From Macrostomum hystrix (taxonomy: Eukaryota > Animalia > Platyhelminthes), in the NCBI GenBank assembly GCA_950097015.1, contig CATNEN010000007.1:9114001-9178000 (forward strand): a DNA stretch of 64,000 bases. Reading direction: 5' to 3'. A program made the translations under genes and the position numbers. Positions 12,096 to 21,561 of this stretch are shown piece after piece; the stretch's first letter is position 1; every line of letters starts with the position of its first letter. The notes beneath the pieces were generated by a model. That model was not told where the DNA came from. It saw only the letters and a program-made list of their open reading frames with translations, and made no database searches.

Positions 12096-13888
12096 TCATG
12101 AAGGTTGTCAGTTTCAATGTCCACTGTGCCGTAGAGCCGGAGCAGAAAATTTGCCAGCTCGCTGGTGTCATCTGCGCGACTGCCGCTGTCCGCAAAGATC
12201 TGGAACGTCCCAGGCACGTGGAAGGCTTGGATAACGAGATCGCGGTGAGCGGCGAGAAGCGCGAGCTGCTGCAGGGCTGTGTTGACAATCGGGTTCGGCG
12301 AGGAGCCCTTGTTGATGGCGCCGACAGCGGCCGTGCTGTCCGAGTAGATCACCAGGTTGCTTCCTGGTTGCAGCTTTTGTTGAAAGTGCAGAGCCGTGAA
12401 CACGGGCGCGAGGCTCTCCTTAAAATTGATGTGCAGAGTTTCGAGCTCCGGACTATCGCGTTGCCAGTCGATGATGAGCCAGTTAGTGACGCCTGGGCCG
12501 CGGATGATGCCGCAGCCTCCCCAATTGGATGCGTCCGACTCGATTGCCCAGGCTGGCCCGGCGGTCCTCCAGATGCGGCAGCTGGGGGTCTTGGCCAGGC
12601 AGGCCACCCACCAGAGGATGGTCTCGCGGAGATCGTTGTGCATGCGCAGTTTGTGGCAGTGCTGCTTTAACTTATTGAGTTCCAGCAGGAGCGGCCTCAG
12701 GAAACACCTCCCGATACGGACGACCTGGCAAACCCAGTTGATGCGGCCACAGAGAGATTGGAGCTGGCGCTTGGTGATGCGCTTGTGCGAGAGTGCGGAT
12801 TGCAGCTGCGCTTTCGTGACCTCGAGCTTGTCCTTTGGGAGCTCTAGCAGGCCGCTGTTGGTGTCAATCATGACGCCCAGGTACACCAGCCTAGTGCACG
12901 GCAGAGCTACTTTGCTCCAGTTGATGGAGAAGCCTAGACGCCGCAGCAGATGAAGTAGAGTGTCCAGAGCTTGCTGGCAGGCGATCTCAGTTTCTGCCGC
13001 CACGGCAAAGTCATCGAGGTAACTCCCGATATTGCTGAAGCCGCGTCGCTGCATCATGCGCTTGATGGACTGGCTGAGGCGGTGGAAGACTTCCACTGAA
13101 GCTGCCGCGCCGAATGGCAGGCGCGTGTCGCACAGGTACGTCGGGCTCGGTTGATCGCTGAACTTCCACTGTAGACCAGTGTAGCGGAAGTCGTGGGGAC
13201 TGATTCCGACACTGCGGTAAGCATTGGCCAAGTCGACCTTCGCCATGAACCAACCTGGCTGCAGCTTGGCAGTGAACTGGCTGACGGTCTCAAACTTGAT
13301 CTGGTAGTCAGAGGAGAAACGGCTGTTCAGCGAGAGGTCCGGAGGTTGCGAGCAGTCGTGGATCAGCCGGATCTTGTTGTTTCCTTTCGGGATGGCACCA
13401 AGGGCGCTGATGACGTCCGGCTTGTTGCTAACTTTCACGTAACGGCCGTTGGCCACTTCTTCCCGCACCTGCTGCTCGACCAGTAGCCGATTACTGTCAG
13501 CGGAGAAGTAGTTCTGAGAGAAAGTGCTATTAGGCTGATTGTCAGGGGCGCTGGGGCAGGTGAGGCGGAAGCCGTTGCGGACACCGTTCAGCAGGAAGTC
13601 ACGATCGGGATCGCCGAGCAGCTCGGCATCCCAGGCGGCGGTGATAAGGTCAGAAGAGAAGGCAACGGACTCGATGGGCTTAGCTTGAGGCCGGCCAGGG
13701 GGGAGCGGGTGATCGACATTGTCAGAATCGGCCGGTGCAGCTGGGCCGTCGATCAAGTCCCCCGGCCGGCCGCAATCTAGTTTTTTGACGTGCAGAGCTG
13801 GCGCGGGTGCGCCGCGTAGCAGGCAGAGCACGCGTGTCTGAACTTGCAGTCGCGTCTGTGGCAGCTGTTTCGGTTGAATTTGACGCAC
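11303..13888 (-). CDS. Reverse transcriptase-RNase H (ORF2) of the YR retrotransposon
   Basis: DPDRDFLLNGVRNGF, AIPKGNNKIRLIHDCS, KVDLANAY, LPFG, YLDDF; RNase H motifs SDAS, HINFKE, YSDS, ADSGSR. No ATG near the start; overlaps gag in the -1 frame. Confidence 0.93.
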   Translation of the reverse strand: MRQIQPKQLPQTRLQVQTRVLCLLRGAPAPALHVKKLDCGRPGDLIDGPAAPADSDNVDHPLPPGRPQAKPIESVAFSSDLITAAWDAELLGDPDRDFLLNGVRNGFRLTCPSAPDNQPNSTFSQNYFSADSNRLLVEQQVREEVANGRYVKVSNKPDVISALGAIPKGNNKIRLIHDCSQPPDLSLNSRFSSDYQIKFETVSQFTAKLQPGWFMAKVDLANAYRSVGISPHDFRYTGLQWKFSDQPSPTYLCDTRLPFGAAASVEVFHRLSQSIKRMMQRRGFSNIGSYLDDFAVAAETEIACQQALDTLLHLLRRLGFSINWSKVALPCTRLVYLGVMIDTNSGLLELPKDKLEVTKAQLQSALSHKRITKRQLQSLCGRINWVCQVVRIGRCFLRPLLLELNKLKQHCHKLRMHNDLRETILWWVACLAKTPSCRIWRTAGPAWAIESDASNWGGCGIIRGPGVTNWLIIDWQRDSPELETLHINFKESLAPVFTALHFQQKLQPGSNLVIYSDSTAAVGAINKGSSPNPIVNTALQQLALLAAHRDLVIQAFHVPGTFQIFADSGSRADDTSELANFLLRLYGTVDIETDNLHEHTLSSAARQFLSLQIARLRSRVRTSAAATTSSAAWPSQARQRAPTAARLPPGNASVSERALTAPDRQHSRSRTTSSCWPTASHRMPALAHTLTPPTCTASCRLAAASQATLASTCSSAACDASWPGHPRARLQSSQTTCSKCGEYCSCIFRRTQPSGRLSWSDSGACCAAQTCAARPQCRHRERPSSLKTYGWARTWQSCMSASPRPISSVSECTAWSCHAFDARRSTRSVRWQRCDTTCTPTSPSLLQPISSPSAIAVVSCQ

Positions 13889-14853
13889 AGCTCCCGACCT
13901 TCAGCGTCGGTTGGGCCGACCAAGCCGCTTGTCTGGTTTCTCATTTTGCTGAACTTGAAGCCAGGCCGCGAATAGGTCGAACTGCCAGCAGGATTGGGTT
14001 TAGGTGCCAGAATGTGCTTGGACAGCAGCTGCAACGACTCCCGCTCCCAGCTGCCGCTGGTCTGGTGCTGCAGGATCCTGAAGTCTTCGTCGTAGTCGTT
14101 GAGGGCGGCCTGGCTGAAGCCCTGATGCATGAACTCGCCGAACTGTACGCAGTACCGCACATAGGCTTTCAGCTCACTCAAATCCATGGTGCCGTTTCTC
14201 ATTGTGACTAGGGCACCGTCGTCAAGCAGTCTCAGCAGGATGCGGCCGCTGCCTGCAACCCACTGACCGGCCGTGATGTTCTCAGTTCGGGCTCTAGTCT
14301 TCGCTGATTGGGGCGCAGGCTCCTCGAAGTCACGATCGATGAAGTCTCTCACCAGCAGAGGCCTCGAGGTGGCAGCTGGCTTAGTGTAGCTGCCGGGGAG
14401 TTCCCAGTCTGGCACTGGCAGATGCTGCTCCGGCTCGTGGGCACTGAGGGTTTGGTTAAGCATCATCGGGCTAGTCGACTTACCACTCTGTCTGCGCTGG
14501 CCGTCCTTTCCAAGCTCGGCTTCAATCTCCGCTGTTTGGCGCTGAAGCGTTCTCAGGCGGAGCAGCTTCTCTTGTCTGGCGATCCTCTGGTCCAGGTCGT
14601 CGCCGCCTCCCAGATCACTCGCCTTGTCCGGGTTCGCCTCGCCGTCCTCTTCGCTGCAGGTGCTGCCGTCGTCCTCGGCTTGGGCCGAAGCGGTTGACCT
14701 TTGCTGCACGCGGCGTGTGGTTCGGCTGACTAAACTGGATTGTTCCAGTCTGACTTGCAGTTCACGCTTGCGACCGCTGCTAGGCAGGCCAAGTTGAATC
14801 AGGCGGTCTCTTAACTGGCGAGCCGTAAGCCGGTCAATTGGAAGCTCAGCCAT
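13777..14853 (-). CDS. Gag-like ORF1 of the YR retrotransposon (SAP-like N-terminus, Cys/His zinc fingers at the C-terminus), 358 aa
   Basis: First ATG at 14853 (MAELPIDRLTARQLRDRLIQLGLPSSGRKRELQVRL); C-terminal CVKFNRNSCHRRDCKFRHACSACYAAHPRQLC. Confidence 0.85.
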   Translation of the reverse strand: MAELPIDRLTARQLRDRLIQLGLPSSGRKRELQVRLEQSSLVSRTTRRVQQRSTASAQAEDDGSTCSEEDGEANPDKASDLGGGDDLDQRIARQEKLLRLRTLQRQTAEIEAELGKDGQRRQSGKSTSPMMLNQTLSAHEPEQHLPVPDWELPGSYTKPAATSRPLLVRDFIDRDFEEPAPQSAKTRARTENITAGQWVAGSGRILLRLLDDGALVTMRNGTMDLSELKAYVRYCVQFGEFMHQGFSQAALNDYDEDFRILQHQTSGSWERESLQLLSKHILAPKPNPAGSSTYSRPGFKFSKMRNQTSGLVGPTDAEGRELCVKFNRNSCHRRDCKFRHACSACYAAHPRQLCTSKN

Positions 14854-15024
14854 TGCAGTAGAAAAAATTTCACACCACGCAGCGCGAAGAGACAAGGCTG
14901 GGCAGCACGGGGGTGCCGGCTGAAATACAACCCAGCTAAAAGCGGAGGGGTGGGTGCCTGGGGTGGGTGCCTGGGGTGGGTGTTTACACCCAATCAGTGA
15001 GCGCCGATTGGACACTAACACCAC

Positions 15025-17169
15025 TCAGTCGTCAATCGGCTGCCCTGCCAAGCAGGCCGGAACTCGTCGCAGCATCTGCCTGAACCAGCCGCTGCATTTG
15101 GCAGGAGTCACCTCACCAGTGGCCTCCTATGCAATCCTGTGCAGCACCAGAATCCGCAGCTGCCACAGTGGAGTTGTAATAAAATGAATGTCCTAGCTGG
15201 AGCGTGAGGAATTTAAAGCTAGCGACTATTCACTATTCACCGGGGTCGGTGTCCTACCAATCGTTTCAATAGCAGTAGGGAAATCTGGAATTAAATAGTG
15301 TTAGAGACTGTGGTAGCGAGCGGAGCGGAATAGATAAGCGATGAGACCCGTGCGTCGTCCTCCGGCCCGGCGAAACTCCCAATGAAAAAGAATAACACAG
15401 TATGAACACGAAGACTCGAATAAATTGATTGGGAGTGAGTTAATCAGCTGTGACTCGCCAAGATTCCAGATAAGAATAGGAATTGATTTGAATCTCAATT
15501 ACTTGATTTAAAAGTTACATTGACCGAATAAGGATGTTCATACGGAAATCAATTATAGCGCGCTCACAGTGAGAAGCAAAGTTTGGTCTATAAAAATATA
15601 AAAATTTGGATATAAAAATTTTTACTTAAACGGGCCTAATCCGCGCCCTACTCTTCCCGAGAGGCTCCGGTTGTCTCTGCTTTCAGCGCTGCCCCGACAG
15701 ATCCTATCGGTTGGCACTCCTTCTGCCTGACGCCGGAGTCTCCGAAGAGAGCACGTACTGACTTCGACAACAAGCGCCTATCTAGACCACCCTTGTCAGC
15801 GGCGCACTCTCAAGACGCGTAGCGCCGAAAGCTACCTAACTGAACAAGCGGAGCGTGGTCGGGCGGGGAGAGACAAAACAAAGTGGACTGGTTTGCACGT
15901 GCTTCTCACAGTGTGAGGCGAATTGCGGAGAACTTCTCCGTTTATGACTTCCGTTTATAGAGTCATTTTAACCCTAAATTAGGTCGATCGGCGAGGTGGA
16001 TGCCTGGCTGTAGCTTGAGCCAAGGCGACAAATCGCAGTAGACTTGCGACCGCCGTTCTGAGCCCCGGGGTCGCTTCTTGCCGAGGGTAGACAGGTAGTG
16101 AGGCCGGGTCGCTCGCTGATTGGCCGGGACTGTAGCCCAGGGGTAGCGCTCGCGGGGTGGTGGGCGTCCGTTCCCCCAGCTGGTCCGGCCCGGCTTGGCG
16201 TGGGTGACTTTTAGCAAAAAAACACGTGTCTAAAAATAAGTACTGAATAATAACACGGGGAGATAGAAGGGCAAACAAGCTGACACTACAGAGTGTCCAG
16301 AGGTGGCAGGTCCAGCTCTCTCTGCACTTCAGGCTGGGAAAGCGCGCGCTTGATCGCCGCTTTCACGAAGGAATGCGCATTTCTACAGGGTTGAGGAAGG
16401 GCGAGTAGGGAGGCAGCGTTACGGCCCTCCAGTTTGCTACGTACTGCTCCGGAATCTGCATTCGACCGTGAAATCGAGCACCGTCCATCACAATGTGCAT
16501 CTGGTCAGCGTCTCCGATGTCGTTCCGATTGCTTACCACCTCCAGTAACTCATCAACAAATTTCTGAAATCTTTCTGCGGTCATCGTGGCTGCTACGATA
16601 TTGTGATGCAGAAGACCTGCCGTTGGTGACACGGCCTGTACCAGATTCACCTGCACCCCTCGCTGAGTGACAACGACCCTTCTCACTCGTTGCCCACGTC
16701 TGCTGCGCCCTTGTGACCTTCGAGTCCATAAATTAAAACCTGTTTCATCGATGAAGACAGGTTGATGATCGGGTGGCAATTCGATCAGCCATTGAGCAAA
16801 TTCGATTGAGCGAAGTATTGCAGCAGTGCTCACTTGAAGACCTTCTAATCTACCTTGTACCGATCGTGCCATCTCTGCCAGCGTCATCATTGGGTTCCAG
16901 TCAAGCTGTTGCTCCAGCCACTCTGTCTGTTCCTCGCCCAGCTTTGCGCCGCGAGTTCCACCACGCGGACGCCGATTTCGCTGTCCTGTCATCTCGTATC
17001 GCTTCTGAATGGAGTAGACGATGTTTTTGTTGAGCTGCAGCCAGCGCGCGATATCCACCGGTCGCTCGCCTCTTTCTAAAGTATCCACAACGAGCTTGTA
17101 CCGCTCGGCGCAGTCCATCTCCCTGTTCAGCTGGAGCAGTTTCGTAGCTTTGGCGGCTTGATTCGTCAT
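15025..17169 (-). pseudogene. DDE_3 (IS630/Tc1) transposase, frameshifted and split by a solo LTR
   Basis: HTH region, then VFIDETGF, IVMDGARFH and LPPYSPFLNPVE. A frameshift at ~16378 continues as HSFVKAAIKRALSQPEVQRELDLPPLD. The C-terminus resumes at 15174 (TPLWQLRILVLHRIA*EATGEVTPAKCSGWFRQMLRRVPACLAGQPIDD*), stop at 15025-15027. Confidence 0.9.
15175..16290. mobile_element. Solo LTR (probably Gypsy-type), 1116 bp
   Basis: Begins TGTA, ends TACA, flanked by a 4-bp duplication GAGT (15171-15174 and 16291-16294). Removing it rejoins the transposase frame (PLD|TPL). No coding capacity seen. Confidence 0.85.
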
Positions 17170-18300
17170 GAGATAGGAGCTCCTGATCGCTCATGGCAGT
17201 GAGATTTTAAGCAGCGCAAATCAAAAGGATGAAATTGGTGCCCCGAGTGTTAAATTGGCTGCTCCTTCACCACACTTTTGGCCACAGACATGAGGCAGCA
17301 GCGACTGCAGCGCATGCGTTCTGCCACTTGGTGTTAAATTGAGTGCTCGCAGTGTTTATTTGGATGCAAAAAGGAATAGCCATTCTCTACTACATCATCG
17401 TCGTATTGACTAGCCAACAGTGGGGCTCTGCTATAGACAGGACCATTATTGCACGCTGATGATTCGACAAGCACTATTGGACTCTGAATGTAAATTGTCC
17501 ATGGTAAAACCTTCACTATTTTGACTCCCATGTTGGCTATACGACAATGCCATAGACGACTATATTAGCACTCAAAACCGACATTTGAACACCTCATTAA
17601 GAAGGCAAATCTTCCGACAGAAAATCACAAATTTTTCGTGCCTTTGGACCGCAATGATTAATTATCGTATTAGTGTAAGGATCCATAGCCAGCGCTTATA
17701 TTTTCCTCGGCTTTGTTTTCTCGTGTTTTCCCCCACTTGCCATCTACATGTACCTCAATCGGCGTTGGAAACATAACAAAGTTGACAACAAAGTTAATGT
17801 TTGCACTGGAATAAGCTCTTTAAAATGCTTCCTCGAACTTAACGATCACAATCATCTGTCTTATAATGTCACTATATAATATTTGTCACGAACGCTGAAG
17901 CTCCCGTCTAACAAACTATTTTACGAGCTTGCATTGAATTGTCATTTCGATTCTATTGAGGACAAAAAATGTAATATCACACAGGGTCCCATTAAAGATC
18001 CATCGAATCGATATTGAACATAATATACATAGGCCTCTCCAAAATAGGGCTTCCATTCCATTTTATCTTTCCTATGGATCTCAATTATACTAGTGCCTAA
18101 ATTAAATTCTTCAATTGATGTTCGCTCTGATGCTTCATGATGGCAGTTTTGCTTTAGAATGAACAACTCGTGCCATCTAGCGAGCCAATCAGATAAGCAG
18201 GCAGTTTCAGTGGATAAATACAGCGGTTTGTTGGGAATCGGCGAGCCCGTCTTGAAAAAGCATTGACAAAGCCAACTGAAGTCAACAATCCAGTACTCGA

Positions 18301-19118
18301 ATGCTGCTCAGCAGGATGTCACCGAAGCTGCTTTTCATCCTGGCGCTGCCTCTGTGGGGGGTCCTGAGCCATTCCGTGGGCTCACACTGGCTCGAGACAG
18401 CAGGATCCAGCATCGCTGCGGAGCTGCAGCTGAGCAGCCGCCGCCTCTTGGACTGCTTGCTCCTGTGCGCCGCCAGGGGCTGGTGCGCCAGCGCTCGGTT
18501 CACGGGCTCCGAGTGCCACCTGCTGCTGCCCGAGGAGGTCGCGACCTCTGCGACTGGCCCTGCTCAGCCAGTGCTCAGGAGGCGGGAGTTCAAAGGTGTG
18601 TGCCCAGTGTGCTCTTGATGATTGGTGCGGGTGTTTGTTGAGGAGAAAGTATGGTAGGAACGAACTGTACATTATGGAGTGCTTATTCAAATTCAGTTTA
18701 ACTCCATATTTCCCCAGGTGAACAAAAGCTGCATTTATCAAACTGCGAGCAGAGTTCTGTGTGGTCGCATGAGAGCAATCAGTGCGAAAAAGCCATTGAC
18801 GGCGACCTAGCACAGTCGTTTCCGAACTGCTTCTGCAGCAAGCATGAGAGTCGCTATGGCGAGTGGTGGGAGGCTGGCACATCCGATGAGGCCTTCATCA
18901 CGCAGGTGGCAGTTTACAACCGAGGCGACTGCTGTGCGGAGCGGCTCAACAGCTTCACCATCGCTGTGGACGGCGTCATCTGCGTTGACTTCACTACGGC
19001 GACTGCCTTCTCTGCGCGGAACTTCAGTTGCAACCGGCGCGGCCGGAGGCTCCGACTGACCAGTCGGCTGAACGAGTCGCTCACCATTTGCGAGCTGGTG
19101 GCTTATGGCATCATGTGA
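18301..19118 (+). CDS. Secreted protein: signal peptide + PAN/apple-like Cys domain + F-type lectin (fucolectin/F5-8C) domain; exons 18301-18595 and 18718-19118
   Basis: Hydrophobic N-terminus and DCLLLC...WCAS...SECHL in exon 1. A phase-1 GT-AG intron joins to QSS...KAIDGD...WW...VAVYNRGDCCAERLNSF...LTICEL. Confidence 0.85.
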
Positions 19119-19765
19119 CCTGCGCGGCCTCATAGCGAGTAAAACAGTGAAAAACATTAGTTTTATATAACGAATCTAGCAGGTCGCATAACGTTATGGA
19201 CCGTAATGTCTGTGCTACTGTTTCTATCGGAATTCTAATAATTCACCAGCATAGAATGTACCTTTTTCTTGGCGTTGTCGTATTCGTTTCATATCTAATG
19301 TCAAAGAGACATGCTGAAATCGAATATAATGCAAAGAAATTAAATGTTGCTTTGTAATGGAAAGCAACTCCATAAGACCGCCACTCCAATTTATCCCAAA
19401 TCAGATGGCGTGGGCCCGAATTCATGTAGCGTATAGAAAACAAGTATCTTCCATATTTTTTCAGGCACCGTAGCCAGTAAAGTAGCCAAAATTTAATGAT
19501 AATTAAACCAGCGCCCGACATCCACCAGACCACCAACCCTTAAGCCCACTAGCCACAAACTCTACCCACCCAGACACCGACGGTATCTCCGATCCTACCC
19601 ACCCCCTCCACAGGCCATACCACCCAAGACACCCACCCCACCCAGCCAGCCAATCAGCGAACTGCGCTAGAGATAAAAATTTTCCTACAAACCATCAGTG
19701 GTCGCATAGGGCAGGTGTAATCAATAAATAAGATGCCTAGAAAATTGCATAACTACATAACTACA

Positions 19766-19960
19766 TGATTACACCTGCCCAATTAGGTCACGTATGCAGA
19801 CGACAGCACAGCCGCAGCTGTTGCGCGGCACATCTGAAGGCTGCGACTGGGGGAACGCCACACCCATCCTCAATCACCCCAGCCAGTGCGGGTAAGCCAT
19901 TTAACAGCTGGGTGAACTGAAGCAATGCATAGTTAAGTGTCTTGCTCAAGGACACAAATC
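19766..19960 (-). mobile_element. SINE fragment (CORE-like)
   Basis: Minus strand GTGTCCTTGAGCAAGACACTTAAC...CTTCAGTTCACCCAGCTGTTAAATGG, similar to 3341-3581. Confidence 0.55.
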
Positions 19961-19974
19961 ATTCCATTAGAGTT

Positions 19975-20787
19975 GTTTCCAGAATCACAACAGAAACTAG
20001 TCCAAGAATCGAAGCAGGAACCAGTCCCATAATCGAAGCAGGAACCAGTCCCATAATCGAAGCAGGAGCCAGTCCCATAATCGAAGCAGGAACCAGTCCC
20101 ATAATCGCAGCAGGAGCCAGTCCCAGAATCGAAGCAGGAGCCAGTCCCATAATCGCAGCAGGAACCATTTCCAGAATCGCAGCAGGAACCATACCCAGAA
20201 TCGCAGCAGGAACCAGTCCCATAATCGCAGCAGGAACTATTTCCAGAATCGCAGCAGGAACCAGTCCCAGAATCGAAGCAGGAGCCAGTCCCATAATCGC
20301 ATCAGGAACCATTTCCAGAATCGCAGCAGGAACCATACCCAGAATCGCAGCAGGAACCAGTCCCATAATCGCAGCAGGAACCATTTCCAGAATCGCAGCA
20401 GGAACCAGTCTCATAATCGCAGCAGGAACCATTCCCATAATCGCAGCAGGAACCATTCCCATAATCGTAGCAGGAGCCAGTCCCAGAATCACAGCAGGAA
20501 CCATTTCCAGAATCGCAGCAGGAACCATTGCCAGAATCGTAGCAGGAACCATTCCCATAATCGCAGCAGGAACCATTTCCAGAATCGCAGCAGGAACCAG
20601 TCTCATAATCGCAGCAGGAACCATTCCCAGAATCGCAGCAGGAACCATTTCCAGAATCGCAGCAGGAACCATTTCCAGAATCGCAGCAGGAACCAGTCTC
20701 ATAATCGCAGCAGGAACCATTTCCAGAATCGCAGCAGGAACCATTTCCAGAATCGCAGCAGGAACCATTCCCAGAATCACAGCAGGA
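19975..20787. repeat. 24-bp minisatellite (AGGAACCATTTCCAGAATCGCAGC)n
   Basis: About 33 variant units visible directly. Confidence 0.95.
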
Positions 20788-20815
20788 ATTGTCGTGATTC
20801 TGGGAATGCAGAAAC

Positions 20816-21561
20816 TTATGCAGTTTGGGTCTTATGAAGTTTGGGTCTTATGAAGTTTGGGTCTTATGAAGTTTGGGTCTTATGAAGTTTGGGTCTTATG
20901 CAGTTTGGGTCTTATGAAGTTTGGGTCTTATGAAGTTTGGGTCTTATGAAGTTTGGGTCTTATGAAGTTTTGGTCTTATGAAGTTTGGGTCTTATGAAGT
21001 TTGGGTCTTATGAAGTTTTGGTCTTATGAAGTTTGGGTCTTATGAAGTTTGGGTCTTATGAAGTTTTGGTCTTATGAAGTTTGGGTCTTATGAAGTTTGG
21101 GTCTTATGAAGTTTGGGTCTTATGAAGTTTGGGTCTTATGAAGTTTGGGTCTTATGAAGTTTGGGTCTTATGAAGTTTGGGTCTTATGAAGTTTTGGTCT
21201 TATGAAGTTTGGGTCTTATGAAGTTTGGGTCTTATGAAGTTTGGGTCTTATGAAGTTTGGGTCTTATGAAGTTTGGGTCTTATGAAGTTTGGGTCTTATG
21301 AAGTTTGGGTCTTATGAAGTTTGGGTCTTATGAAGTTTGGGTCTTATGAAGTTTGGGTCTTATGAAGTTTTGGTCTTATGAAGTTTGGGTCTTATGAAGT
21401 TTGGGTCTTATGAAGTTTGGGTCTTATGAAGTTTGGGTCTTATGCAGTTTGGGTCTTATGAAGTTTGGGTCTTATGAAGTTTGGGTCTTATGAAGTTTGG
21501 GTCTTATGAAGTTTGGGTCTTATGAAGTTTGGGTCTTATGAAGTTTGGGTCTTATGAAGTT
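20816..21561. repeat. 16-bp minisatellite (GTTTGGGTCTTATGAA)n
   Basis: About 46 near-identical units. Confidence 0.97.

Larger units (their letters stand above)
10590..15015 (-). mobile_element. Tyrosine-recombinase retrotransposon (Ngaro/DIRS-like): gag, RT-RNaseH, YR
   Basis: Three overlapping uninterrupted ORFs. Flanked by TA at 10588-10589 and 15016-15017; removing it rejoins the host TIR motif CAATTTAACACCA. Confidence 0.9.
10465..17376 (-). mobile_element. IS630/Tc1-mariner DNA transposon (decayed), ~1.36 kb after removing two nested insertions
   Basis: About 125-bp TIRs at 10465-10589 and 17251-17376 (1 substitution, 1 indel); TA target duplication at 10463-10464 and 17377-17378; DDE transposase inside. 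Confidence 0.93.

Noticed and set aside
11164-14697. Many 100-200 aa plus-strand ORFs within the YR element
   Set aside because: Antisense shadows of GC-rich coding sequence with no motifs.
14854-15024. N-terminal 57 aa of the 415-aa gag ORF call
   Set aside because: It starts at a GTG outside the element boundary; the first ATG at 14853 coincides with the SAP-like motif.
19709-19780. 15-bp inverted repeat GGGCAGGTGTAATCA
   Set aside because: One arm is the tail of the adjacent SINE; best explained as tail-to-tail repeat remnants.
19942-20853. (AAGTISRI)n ORFs on both strands
   Set aside because: 24-bp satellite; the plus-strand ORF starts at a TTG inside a SINE.
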